64,000 nt of DNA. Origin: Eledone cirrhosa (Eukaryota). Shown here piece after piece: positions 1 to 12,700 of the stretch. Numbering within the stretch: position 1 is the first letter of the stretch; every line of letters starts with the position of its first letter. The translations under genes were made by a program, and so were the position numbers. The notes under the pieces were generated by a model. The model did no database searches and was not told the DNA's origin. It saw only the letters and a list, made by a program, of their open reading frames with translations. The DNA is taken from positions 48,360,001 through 48,424,000 of the forward strand of contig OZ024745.1 in the NCBI GenBank assembly GCA_964016885.1, written 5' to 3'.

Positions 1-292
1 TACTTCTGATGTATGATTTGTCCTTGCTTTAAAGCAGAAATCTGTTTCAAGATCAAGGTTTTAAAAACATTATCTGTTTACCTGATAATTAATCCAATGT
101 TTTGTTGACCATATGAGCTAGCTTTCACTAGAAAATATTTAAAAAATCACTCAATGTTGAAGCCTACTTACGTTTTTTGTTTGTTTTGTTTTTTATGATG
201 CTCTCTACTTCTTTAATCTTAACCTGCCAGTTACCTTTACTTATGTCCCAGTTATTGTGTGATTATTCTAAACTGATATTTGATTTGTACTG

Positions 293-596
293 ATAGGTGC
301 TGACATGGCTATAGGCACATGCATGGTTATATGTATAGGCATGGTTATATGTATAGGCAGGATTATAGGTACAGACATAGCTATAGGTACAGACATGGCT
401 ATAGACACAGACATTGCTATAGATACAGACACAGCTATAGGCACAAACATGGCAATAAGTATAGACATAGCTATTGGCACAGACATGGCTACAGATACAG
501 ATATGGCTAAAGACAGGCATTGCTATAAGTATAGACATAGCTATAGACACATACATGACTATTGATACAGGCATAGCTATTGGTGCTAGTATGACT
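293..596. repeat. Degenerate 18-bp minisatellite (~17 units, consensus ATAGGCACAGACATGGCT) with 6-bp sub-period
   Basis: Units read directly: ataggtgctgacatggct, ataggcacatgcatggtt, ... attggtgctagtatgact; one unit is 16 bp. It accounts for the repetitive ORFs at 263-649. Confidence 0.9.
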
Positions 597-1702
597 GTGT
601 GGTCAAGAAGTCTGCTTTTCAATTCAAGTTCAATCCTATTGTATAGCACATGTCTTCTATAACCTCAGGACAACCAATAATTTGTGAATGAAATTTGGTT
701 GAGGTAAACTATGTGGAAACCTATCATATATATATATATATATATATATAGTAATAATAGTAATAATAATAAATTTGAAGACTAAAATCCAAAGAGGGCT
801 CGATAAGGATAAATATATATCAAATATATAAGAACCGTAGTGCAAATATTTATTAAATTAGCTATAGGCACATGCAAAGATTCTTTGCTTAAACTTTTAA
901 TAAATATAAACCTAAGGTTTCAAGGTCCAATATTGTCTATATCTCCAGGTTGTAAGAGGATCAAAATTGTGACATAATCTTCAGGTGCTTAAACAAGTTT
1001 TTCTACAGATATTTTCTATATATAATAACAGTTGACAAGATCACTTAACGAGTGGGGTGGAGCAATGAGGAAACAATGATTCCATTGGTCTTTCCAATTA
1101 CTAATTTTTACTGGTCGCAAATCCAGGCAGAAAGAGCAATGTGAAATAAAGTGTCTTGCTCAAGTACATAATGCACCGTCTGGTCTGAGAATCAAACTCA
1201 CAACCTCACAATTGCAAATCCAATTCTCTGCCCACTCAGCCACGTGCCTTCACTTTAATGTGTGTGCGTGTATACATTTACATGTGTGTTTATTGTCTCC
1301 AAATATGTTTCCACGTTGACACCACTTAATGGATGCTATTTGTTTATGCCTCACATACACATGTTTCACACCTTAGTAGTTTGACGGATGATAATCAGTG
1401 GAATAAATAGCATAAGTTAGGTTTGGCATCAGAAAAGGAATCTGGCTGCAGAATACCTCTGCATGTGGTAAGAAGTGACTGAAAGGATTAGTATCAGGAA
1501 GGCTATTTGGCTGTAAAACATTGCCTCAAAATTTCTTTCCAGCTCATGCCAGCTTTAAAAAGTCAATATTAAAGCGATGATGATGATGTTTCTGTGGTTC
1601 AACATACAGCATTTAGTTGGGAAATACAAGCTTTTCTTTGTTTTGTTTCTTTTTCCCCACTATATTCTCAAAATTTTATGGTAACTTAAGTCTTGTTGGT
1701 CT

Positions 1703-1916
1703 TTAACACTTTAGCACTTAAACCGGCTGTATCTGGCCAGAATTCTCTCACCTCTTTCTGTTCAAACTGGCTGTAACTGACCACTCATACCGATGTTAAG
1801 GTATTGTTCTCAAAATAAATAATATCAAAATCTCATAGATTCAATATTATAAGATAAAGCCTTTACTGTGAAAATATAATAGTAAATATAGAGTAATGTA
1901 AATGCTAAAGGGTTAA
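1703..1916. mobile_element. TTAA-flanked MITE, family A (piggyBac-like ends)
   Basis: Ends ttaacactttagca ... tgctaaagggttaa are inverted repeats; body matches 47254-47466 and, inverted, 8509-8953. Confidence 0.8.
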
Positions 1917-2494
1917 AATTCTAGGGTTTTTTTCTTTTGTGGTTGCCTTATAATCAAGGCAGCAAATTGGTAAAGTTATTAGGACATTAAATTAAATGTC
2001 ATGGTAGTTTTTCCAGCTCACTGCTCAATTCCTGACACGATCAACTTTGTATTTCAGCTTTTCAGTGTCAATAAAAAAGTAGCAGTTCCAGGATGGTGAA
2101 TTGGCAGAATTGTTAATGAGTTGACATCTGATCTAGTTCTATACATTCTGAAATTCAAATTCCACCTCTATGAGTAATGGAAGCACTCTTTCTTTGGTCA
2201 GATCTGATGAACAGCTTCTTTCCTTTAATAGTAAACCTTTAAACAGTAGTAACTAATTACAGAACTACTTTCATGTATTATGTATTTAATTAACTGCGCA
2301 GTAGAAACATATGTTATTCCCATTACATAAACCAGGTGTGTATTTCAAACTATGAATTAGGTCATCTTAGTTATTTATGATTTTTAGAGTCAATTCTGTT
2401 TTCTTTGTAGTTATAAAATTTCAATTTTTGTTTCAGTTTCCACTGTGCTTGAATATTTAATAATCACCCTCTTTTCATTATTGTTAAGAAATGT

Positions 2495-2746
2495 TTAACC
2501 CTTTTAATACCAAGCCACCTGAAATTGGCCCTTGTCCTATGATACAAAGCTGTTTTAAAGTGCTTATATTTATTTAATAATTTACATAATATTATGTAAG
2601 AACCTTTGTTAAGCTGGTGTTTGGAATATACCTTAATAATGGGAAAGTAATATTACTGTATCCCTCCAAATTCTTAATTATTTTCAAAATTATTTGTAAA
2701 TCATAGACAATGTCTTTTATTAAAAATATAGTAAGAAAAGGGTTTA
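2495..2746. mobile_element. TTAA-flanked MITE, family B (TTAACCCTTTT...AAAAGGGTTAA); further copies near 6635-6997, 12578-12817, 18699-18941, 52515-52663
   Basis: Recurrent ttaacccttt/aaagggttaa termini and a shared internal body (ccttccatcataattttatg, atgttccaaacaccag, tttcattaaaaatatag). Confidence 0.7.
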
Positions 2747-4881
2747 ATTAGATTGCAAAATAGTTTCATTTTTAGCATTATATTAAAGAAGAGTTTGTTT
2801 AAAAGCAATATCTCTGTTAGATACTATCATGTCACACCATTTGCCAGATGCTTACCCATAGGCAATAAATGTTGAAACAGACACACGAGCTGTACTATTT
2901 CTAATATTTAATTCTTAGTGTTATTTAATGAAACTTGCTGCTAGATTATCTCTTGTGTTTTAAGTTCTTTCTTGTCTCTCCACTACCCATGCCACTCATA
3001 ATGTATCAGAGTGTTTTATATGCCACATAACAACAAAGTAATATGATAACAATATAATTTATTTACTTATTGCAAATAAATTATCTATTTACAATTTCTT
3101 CTTATTTTTTTTATGAATGATGATAACAGTTTATGTATGTTAAAAGATGAAGAAAACTCCCACTGCTACATTTGTCTGGTATTATTAGCATTAGTCTAAA
3201 CCACTAGATGCGGCGAATTGGGTTGAGAGATCAGTTGAAAAAAACCTCAGTATTTGTTTTGAATCACTGTGCTCTGAGTTCAAATCCTGCTGGGGTTGAT
3301 TAAATCAACTGTTCCCTTCTCCAAAGTTTGTTGCCTTATGCCAAATTATTGTTTATTATGTCTAATAATATTTACAATAAAATTGTCAAATGCTAAAAAA
3401 GGTTGAGAGAACCCTTCAGTCACATCAAGGGTATAACAACGTCTCTAGGGTTGGTGTCATGATAAAATGCATTCATTACACCTTGTAAAGTAGTTGGCAT
3501 TAGAAAGGCCATCCAGTTGTAGAAACCATATCCAAACTGGGATGTATGTAAGGAAGATGTAGTCCCCATTGCATTTAAGAGGACAGGAGCACAGATTAAG
3601 TTCTGACTTGCATGTATGAAATAAATTGGATGTTAAACGATGATAATGATAACTAAAATTTTAACAGTTACTTCATAATGTTGACGTAGCATTTATCAAA
3701 TTATTTTGTGTTGCAAGAAACACAGTTATTTTTCTGGATAGCCACAGGCTGTGTGTAATATAATTATAAATGTACTAGCAATGAAATCTCCAACTAGAAT
3801 GAAAATGAGAATCTTGTGATCATTAGTCCTTGTTATTTTCTTTCAAATTATATTTTCCTCCTTTCAACTAAACTGACATTTACTTTTTACTAGCATTTAT
3901 TATGTAGGACTCTAAGAAAAGACAATAAAGAGGGCCATTCAGCTTGAAATCAAATGTCATCATTTTTAGAACTGCATACCTATTCTTTCATCATCTCATT
4001 ACACAGAAGTTTGCTGAAATTGCAGCTAGAGATAGAAGAATGTGTGTTCAGCCATTGATGATGATCATTTCTAATACAGGCATAAGGCCAGAAATTTGTT
4101 GGAAGGATGGTTTAGTCAATTAACCATTTTGCTACCAAACTGTTTGAAATTGTCCTTCGTTCTATGATATGGCATGGTATGGTCCTGTAACTCCTGATAG
4201 AGTCGTAACAGCACCAAATTGACATACAGCATTTCTTGGGCATTTTAAGCCTGATGGAGCCCATCCCTCTCCAGGCCTGAATACAGCAGATTTCTTCCAG
4301 AGAGGAAGAATCCACCCCAGTACTAGACTGGTCTTTTTTTATCAACCTTGAAAGGATGAAATGCAAAATTAACCTCAGTGGGATTTGAACTCAGAGAGTA
4401 GAGAGTTGGAACAAATACCATAAAGCATTCTATCTGATGTTCTAATGACTCTGCTAATTCACTGCTTATTCTGTGATATAAAATTGATTATCTTAAACTG
4501 CTTATCTTTATCTAAAAACTTAAAACCTTCCATCATAATTTTATGAAAGAATTTTTGTTAAATTATGTTCCAAACACCAGATTAATAATGAGAAAGTTAG
4601 TTTCATTACTAAAGACCTCCAAATTCTTGATTATTTTCAAAATAATTTGAAAATCATGAGCAGTATCTTTCATTAAAAATATAGCAATGAAAATTCTTGA
4701 CTGCTATTGTATTGCATCAGCCCTGGAGGGATGAAAACAAGGATGACCTTGGTAGGATTTAAACTCAGAATCTAAAAAGGCAGAATTAATACTGCAATGT
4801 ATATTGTTCAACATTCTAATGATCCTGCTAATCCACCACCCTTTAATCATTGATAATAGATCTTTCTAACATTAGCACAAG

Positions 4882-5104
4882 CAGAGGTGTAACTAGGGTA
4901 TGGCAAACATGGCACATGTCATGGGCGCCACATGAAGGGGGTGCCACTTGGACTAGGAGCACGTTCTATTAAAGTCAAATAAGCCTCATTAGAGAATGAA
5001 AAAAGAAACTAAATTATTAGGCCCATAAGTAAATATACTGTGCTGGGCATGGGTACAATTTCACTGCTTGCCATAGGCGCTATTTTTTCTTGGTTATGCC
5101 TCTG
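4882..5104. mobile_element. hAT-type MITE inserted into an older SINE
   Basis: Imperfect TIRs cagaggtgtaactagg / cttggttatgcctctg; 8-bp TSD agcacaag / ggcacaag (1 mismatch). Confidence 0.75.
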
Positions 5105-5681
5105 GGCACAAGGCAAGCAATTTTATAGGGGAAGTGGAATGTCGATTAAATCAATCCTATGACTTGACTGTTTGCTTTACTTTATCAACCCTGGGAGAAT
5201 GAAAGCAAAGATGATCTTGGCGAGATTTGACCTTAGAATGTAAAGCACCAGAATTAATATTACAAAGAGTTCTGTTGAAAATTCTAATGATCCTACCAAT
5301 CCACAGCTTTTCAGTCATTGATGATAATAAAAATGGTTGTTAGATGTTTTGAGAGTGTGTATTTAAACTTGATATTACTGGTAACTTGCTACTTACTACA
5401 TTATACTTGTAATTGTATATCATAATTATTATTTGATATATCTGCAATTAATATTCATCACCATAAACTGTTTTTATTTGTTGGGAAGTGGTTCTTATGC
5501 AGAAATACACTACATTGCTGCTATTTCTATTTCACTGCTATAGACTAAGAGCTAAATTTATTCTTCAGATTCTTTGTCTATAAAAAAAAGACAGAAGCAA
5601 ATATAACCAAATTGGAAGAAAGGAAGAAAAAGAAGCAGTATAGCATAACAACTACCATAATATAAAGTTATCTTCATCTTA

Positions 5682-5762
5682 TACAGGGTGTGACAGAAAT
5701 ACCTCCCATATTTCACACAATGACAGTGTAACAAATAGGCGGTTTTTCGACCACACCCTGTA
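5682..5762. mobile_element. ~80-bp Tc1/mariner-type MITE
   Basis: TA-flanked inverted ends tacagggtgtg ... cacaccctgta. Confidence 0.7.
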
Positions 5763-6351
5763 CTATCCCTGTTTAATATGTGTTGTAAATCACTAGTGAC
5801 ACAAGGGAGGTAAATTAACTTTAACCCTTTTCATATTAAACTACCCCAGCTTCTATCATATAAAGATGTTTGTTTTAAAGTAGCAACAATGTATTTGTTT
5901 TTCAAAGTTTTTTATATGAAATCGTGTGTTGAAACAGATATTGTTATATTTGGGGAGGATCATGTTGTCCTAATATTGCCAGAAAAATATAGTAAAACAC
6001 ACTCACTGTTTGGTTTGGTTTTCGCTTCAGTATATTTTTATATTTCTATAAATAATTTAGCTGGCAATCAATGTTTATCATTGATTGACCAACTGTTAAA
6101 CATATGAATATAAATATAGTTTTTGAAAGTTCTTTCATATTTTAAAGTGTTTATAATTAAATTCAAACCATCCATCATAATTTTATGTAATTAAATTTTA
6201 TTAATTTATGTTTCAAACAGCAGCTTAATAAGGAAAAAATTAGAGTAGTGTTGTGAGATATATAAGCAAGACTGATTTTTTTTTTAAGCTGGTACAATGC
6301 GGTACAAAAATATGAAGGGCAAATGAAACAAAACAAAGAAATGTTTTACCC

Positions 6352-6509
6352 AGTGTATTTTAGCATATTTCAGGGCTACTAGCCTCTTTACAGATGCAAA
6401 GGAAAGAAAACTCTGATTCCTCATTTGCTTGTTTGTTTTGCCTTGGACTGTTTCAGCTTCATATCTGAAAAGTGGGTTATAGCCCTGAAATATAATACTA
6501 AAATATACT
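6352..6509. repeat. Inverted repeat whose arms each carry a degenerate hammerhead-like core
   Basis: agtgtattttagcatatttcagggcta pairs with tagccctgaaatataatactaaaatatact; arms read CTGaaaa/CTGtaaa-GGGYTA..AGCCCT-GAAATAT. Confidence 0.6.
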
Positions 6510-7599
6510 AAAAAAGTTAGTTGTGTTACTAGAACCCCTTAAACTCTTATTTTCAAGATAATTTGACAATTGATTGTCAGATTCAGTTCATTGGGAGTTT
6601 ACTTTTCACTATGCTGTACTCACCACTCTAGTGTTTAACCCTTTCATGGCCATATTTCTATTGGAATACACTTTATTTAAATTAATTAATGAAGAATATT
6701 GAGGGATTTACTAAAATTATTGATTATTTCATTACCAAGATTAACATACACATATGTATGTAATTCAAAATAAGTACACTGCATATCGTAAGAAGCAACT
6801 AAAAGGGTTGGTATCAGGAAAGGCATCCAGCTGTAAAACATTGCCTCGAAAAGTCCTGTCCAACCCATGCTAGCATAGAAAAGTCAACACAAAAATGATG
6901 ACGATGGTTCTTGTATAAAATTATGTCAAAAGAGTTTAATTTAAATTAAATGATTTATTTCATAGAACCTGAGCCCAATGGGTATCCAAAGGGTTAAAAT
7001 TATTTAGCCCTTTTATAACCATATTTCTAAGGAAAGACACTTCCTATGTTTTTCAAAGCTTTTTGAAAATAATCAAAAATTTGGTGGGATTTAGTAACTA
7101 ATTATTATTAAAGTGGTGTTTGAAAGATAACAAAGATTCTTACGTAAAATTATGATGGAAGTATGAACACTATAAAACTGGAAGTTTTGTATTAGAACCA
7201 AAGGTAGTTACAGTTTTTGTAGGAGTACTTATTTTATCAACCTTAGATGAAAATTGATGTAAACCCCAGTGAGATTTGAATTAAGACACTGAGGTAATGA
7301 AACAAATCTGAAGCATAGAAATTTGGAGGGTTTGGCTGGGTTCCTTTCCTTTCTCAATTCAACTTTGGAGTTGACAAAATAAGTACCAGAAATACATCTA
7401 TTTTGTTCAGTCTGTTATAGCCAGTCACTTGATGAGTTGTAGTGCACCTGAGCACTGTACACAATAATTTCATTATTATTATTATTATTGCATGAATTGT
7501 GTTTCTACTACCTTATTGAATAAATGCAATATTAAAGGTTGGTAGGAAGATAAGTTAACTTAAATGATAAACAGGTGGCATAAACAGTTAGGTTCAGTA

Positions 7600-7920
7600 T
7601 TGCCATGAGTCCTCTCACAAGCTTAGGCCATCAACAAGTTTTCTCCAGCCATCACACTCCTGGGTTAGTCACTCCAACTGTCCCAAGGAATTTCCTAACC
7701 TCTTTGTTTGTCCTTCCAGATCACAGTGTCAGGTTTTCCTAGGCTTTCTTTTCTTTTTCCTCTGTGTGTTCCTTTTTCTCTAGGTTAGGGCTTGCCTTGT
7801 GGTAATAGATGCTAGCTTTTGGAAGGTGTGCCTAATCCCTCTCCATTGCCTTTGGATAATCTCATCATGAAGAGGCTGTTGAGCCTGCTGCTACAATTCC
7901 TTAAAAAGTTCCATCAACGC
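7600..7920 (-). mobile_element. Old RTE-clade LINE C-terminal fragment (different family from 23927-26002)
   Basis: Minus strand reads DEIIQRQWRGIRHTFQKLASITTRQALT*, like the RTE C-terminal motif RRWRWIGHTLRK...TRQALxWxPxG; stops present. Confidence 0.65.
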
Positions 7921-8508
7921 AAGGAAGTGAATTGTTGAAAATGTGACTTGACACAATCAAATCAAATCTTGAGGTAATATCTGGTCCTCAATTATATGGT
8001 ATCCACCATTGTATTCACAACTGGCTGACAATATCTACATCAGATGTCTGTGATCAAATATATTGGAAATCCCTGTTCATAATGTTGTGGATGCATTGGT
8101 TGGTGCCAGCTCAATCTATCAAGAGTGAACACTAACACAAGAACAAGTAAATAGTAGACAGCCAGACTATTTAGATTCATAGCTCTATGTTCTGTGTCTA
8201 AATCTTGCTGGAGTTGATATTATCATATAATCATCTAATGGCAAATAAAAGTAAATGTATTTGATTTAGTAGAATTCCTTCAGTTGATATTCATGTTCAT
8301 GCTTCAAATGTTGGCCTTGGATATAATAGTAAGAAAACAATATTTAACATTATATATCATTAAACTGTTTCAGTTAATAAATTTTCAATACATAAAATTT
8401 CTCACACAAACATATTGTTTAATAGTGGGGAATGTGCTAGTGAATAAGAAAGAGTAGATCTTATATAAGGAACAGACTAAATATAGATAGAAAGCGTGAG
8501 TCTGTATA

Positions 8509-8953
8509 TTAATCCTTTAGCATTTACATTAATCTATATTTAATATTAAGGGCGGTGGATTGGCAGTATCGGTAGAGGGTCGGACGCCATGCTTTGACGC
8601 ATAGAGTTACGGTCCTTGCCATTCTGAGTTCAAATCCCGCCGAGGTTAACTTTGCCTTTCATCCTTTCGGGGTCGATAAAATAAAGTACCAGTAATGCAC
8701 TGGGTAATTGCTGGCCTTGTGCCAAATGTAGAAACAATTAATCTATATTTAATATTGTATTTTCACGACAAACATTTTATTTCACATAATCATCTCACAT
8801 AATATCGAATCTATGAGATTTTTATATTATTCTATTTATTTTGAGAACAATACCTTAACATAAGTATAAGCAGCAGGCTATGGATATGGTTTGAATAGAA
8901 AGATATGAGAGAATTCTGGCCAGATACAACCTGTTTAAATGCTAAAGAGTTAA
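8509..8953. mobile_element. TTAA MITE family A copy interrupted by a SINE
   Basis: ttaatcctttagcattt ... aaatgctaaagagttaa termini; reverse-complement similarity to 1703-1916. Confidence 0.8.
8548..8736 (+). mobile_element. Young tRNA-derived SINE with Deu/Nin-like central domain
   Basis: B box GAGTTCAAATCC; central gcctttcatcctttcggggtcgataaaataaagtacc; 20-bp TSD attaatctatatttaatatt (8528-8547 / 8737-8756). Confidence 0.9.
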
Positions 8954-8988
8954 TTATAGTAGGTGATTAAAGAAGCTAGTTAGATATA

Positions 8989-9790
8989 TTTTCTTTATTT
9001 GCCACAAGGGCGCACAAGAAAGGGGGACAAAACAAGACACATGCCGGGGATTTTACATACAGTCGTGTAAAAATATTGAAACAAACAAATTCAACAATCG
9101 AAATCCCCAATAGGGCGGAGGCGCCACAAATGTTTAATACCCCGTCGATAGAACAACCCTCAACTTCAGGAGCATGTTGTGCAAGTGCGCCTTTCTTCCT
9201 TTTGCTCTCTTCTTCAACCTACAGGTTTATATACAGAGAAGACCCAATCACTCAGGCCATTTTTGCTACATTCACCCACCTTTCAGTAAATTTACTAGGG
9301 TGCAGTGCCTCTCTCTCCACTCTGATTCTCCTTCTAAAGTGGTACCTAAAGAAGGGAATGAGTTGTTGTCCGGAGAGAAAGGCATCTGTCCTCAGTCCTC
9401 TCAATCTCGTCCACCATATAACCGCTTTCGCCATAGCCACTATACAAAGAAAAACCGCCTCTCTTTCGTTTTTGAAAGAAGTTGGCAATTTGATCCTTAC
9501 TATGGACTTGGCAGTCAACTGGATTTGTCCCATACGTGACAGCAGTTGTTCTGCGTAGTTCCACAGGTCAGTTACGCCCGGGCAGTGTACAATTGCGTGC
9601 AAGACGGTTTCAATGTGCTGCTCGCATCTTGGACACGTCCTCTTGGAAGGATCCCTGCCGAGGCGTCCGTGCCTGTAGATCTTGTCTCGAACTGGTAGAG
9701 CTCCTCGGTAGCACTGCCAGGCCAGGGACCTCTGGCAGTTATCCATAGGTCCCAGGCGGAAAGTCCTACCAAACAGACTGGTGAGTTTGA
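8989..9790 (-). mobile_element. 5'-truncated L1/Tx1-like non-LTR retrotransposon (ORF2 C-terminus with zf-RVT CCHC motif, 3' UTR)
   Basis: ORF 9252-9746(-) contains CPRCEQHIETVLHAIVHC and is homologous to ORF 17474-18361; shared 3' end gcccttgtggcaaataaagaaa. Confidence 0.8.
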
Positions 9791-12700
9791 TGCAAGAGTC
9801 TCTCCGTAGATAGTTAGCAGGAGTGAAGAGTGCTATAAAAATTGTATATTTCTTAGGAAGGAGTGTAAAAGTGATTATTAAACAGGATATGTGATGATGA
9901 AGTGTTACTTGCTTTCCATCCTTATTTGTGTTGCACTCCTAATATTACCCCATCTACCCTGTAAATATGATACAGCTAGTTGTGGTGTGCACATGGCTGT
10001 ATTCATGTATATATCTTTATATGCAGCATCATTATTTTCACATCTGCTTTTCCATGCTTGCATATACTTATATGAGTGTATGTGTGTTTACATGTGTATA
10101 TACACACACATACAGATAAAAAGAGAAATGGAGAGAAAGAGAGAGAGAGAGAGAGTATTAGTGATTGCATAAAACATAGCATAGGAACACGTTTTGTGTT
10201 GTTTGTCTTCATGCTCTATTTATCACAGTGGCCCTGTAGTAATCATGCCTGTCATTATGATAATTGCACTTATATACAAATGGGAATCATTAAATTATAG
10301 CATGAAACTTCAAAGTTTCAATAAATCATTTATTTTCCTTTTATATCTGTTGCCATTAACATAGAGTCTCAATCTGGTTGCATAGCCTGATAGAAATAGC
10401 AGATAAATCCCCCTCAAATTTCGTCCTGCTGTCTTGGTAAATGAATGGACACACTGAGTAATACAGTCCTAGAACGATGAGCTGGATCAGTGCTGACTGG
10501 AGGCTAAACAAAAACAAAATTTTGATGCAATGGATTTTATTCGTCCTTTTCATGCTTTCTTTTAGTCAAGAAAGAAAGGGCAGTACCCATGGCACCTTTC
10601 AAAGCTTTTGAGACTACCAGGGGAGAAGAAGTTATCCTTAAATTGGATGCCTGGTCTGATGCTTGCAACAGAATGGCGTCTGCTAAAGGTACCCAAGAGC
10701 CATGTTGGCCACAGCAGAGTTTCAACACAGTATGTAAAGAGCCAGAACAAATACTGCAAGGCATTTTGTTCTATGTGACTTTGCCAATTCAGTCAATTTG
10801 AAAACATAACAAAATCTTTTTAATAGCTTAGACCTTTTTTTTAAAAAAAGGTATTTATACATCTTAGCATAGCATACAGTAAAAATATAGATATATTTCT
10901 TTATTATTCAGAAATATAGATAGGTAAATATATAGAAAACTTATTTGTACTTCTTTCTTTAGTCAATAAATAGAGAACAGTTATCAATGAGAAACATGTA
11001 CTTGGTGGTTTTTGGCAATGTTTTCATTCTTAGTTTAGGTGTTTCCTTACTGTAACAGTTATATATGAACTTTATTATGAATTTCCATCTATTTTTTCAT
11101 ATTTTAAAATAAAATATTGCTCTTTCTTGGCACACCTAATTACATCTTACAATGCAGTTCAGGAGCCATTGGCTTAGTTGAAAGAGCTAGTGCAATGCCC
11201 ATGAACTTTTTCTAGACTGCTGTGACTTGGAGAGGAAGATATCTTCAAACTGGAGACCTGGTTCAAATGCTTGCAGCAAAATGGGCTTTGTCTAAATCAC
11301 AAGTGTTAATGATACATTTGGTTATAAATTAAGTCTACCAACAAAAGTGCTTTAACTCTTTTCATGCTAATCCACTTAAAATCACCCGTGGATCAATAAA
11401 ACCCATTTTAAAGGGTTCCCATTTAAATTAAATCCTTCTAAAATAATTTGGTTAAATTATGTTGCAATACCATCTTAATAATAGTTTCTGATTTAGACAC
11501 AAGGCCACCTGTTGGGTGGTGGTTTAATATTGACCCTAGTACCTGACTGTATCATCTTAATAATTCTTTCTAGCATTGACACACAGCCTGCAAATTGGGG
11601 GTGAGGAGAAAGTTGATTATATCAACCCCAGTACTTGACTGGTATATTATCTTATTGACCCCAGAAGGGGGAAAAGCAAAGCTGATCTTGCTGGGATTTG
11701 AACTCAGTACATAGAAAGTCATAACTAAATAACACCTTAATAATGAAATACTTTATTAATTAGAATATTGTGTAATTCATTATAAATATAGTCATAAAAG
11801 GCTTAAAGACATTTTTGTTCCTTTATAAGACTCTTTAGTTTGTCCATTGAAGTGTCTAAACCCGTTGCAAGCAAATGTCACACAGTTGTTAGTTATGTAG
11901 GGCTCATTAAATAATGACAATTAAAAAAACAACAACCTAGAACTACCTGTACCCTTAGTGCTTACCAACAAAAATATGTTGAATACTGATTTATTTTCAC
12001 TAGACATAAAATCCATTTTGTATAAGGGCTGCAATTTATTTGGTCAACTTAGTATATTATTTAATGCCCCATTGTTTAGCCAGTCAGCAAAGACCCCATT
12101 CACCAGTACAACTGTACCTGCTATACTGAAGTAAATAGGATGTAATTGTTAGTTAGGTGACACTAATATTATTTAGCCAATTGGTGAACACCTTGTAAAG
12201 CAATCCAACTACAACTGATATATTGTAATAAATAGTGTATCTACATTTTCCTGTTGAGTGTGAAGTAGTAACATTGGAGTTGTTTTGATTTAGTGACTAT
12301 AGGATGTTGTAATATTACTAAAGAGGTCACAGCAGGGGATCAACATTTAATTATGAATTTAGCTAACTGCACAAGCTTGGCTATGTGGTTAAAAAGTTGT
12401 CTCTGCAACTACATATTTTTGGATTCAATTCCAATGAATGACACCATTAGGAAATATCTTTCACCATAGCCTTGGGTTGCCAAAGACTTAGAGAAATTTG
12501 AGACAGAAACTATATGGTAACCTGGTAGATTTAATCTGTTTCCAAGTTTAACACAGCCACCATATCTTTGAGTATTTCTAACCCTTTTGTTACCATATTT
12601 CTAATGAAATACACTGTATTTGAATTAGTTATTGAAGAACTTAGAGGAATTTACTAAAATAAGTAATCATTCCCTCATTAAGATGGTATTTGCAACATAA

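Noticed and set aside
319-510. Reflectin-like R/Y/M-rich peptide
   Set aside because: Lacks the reflectin M/FD(X)5 MD(X)5 MD motif; derived from the 18-bp minisatellite.
8548-8645. tRNA gene
   Set aside because: A/B-box-like motifs belong to a multi-copy SINE head with TSDs; no complete cloverleaf.
9076-9748. Plus-strand ORFs of 160, 121 and 70 aa
   Set aside because: Antisense shadows of the minus-strand L1/Tx1-like ORF.
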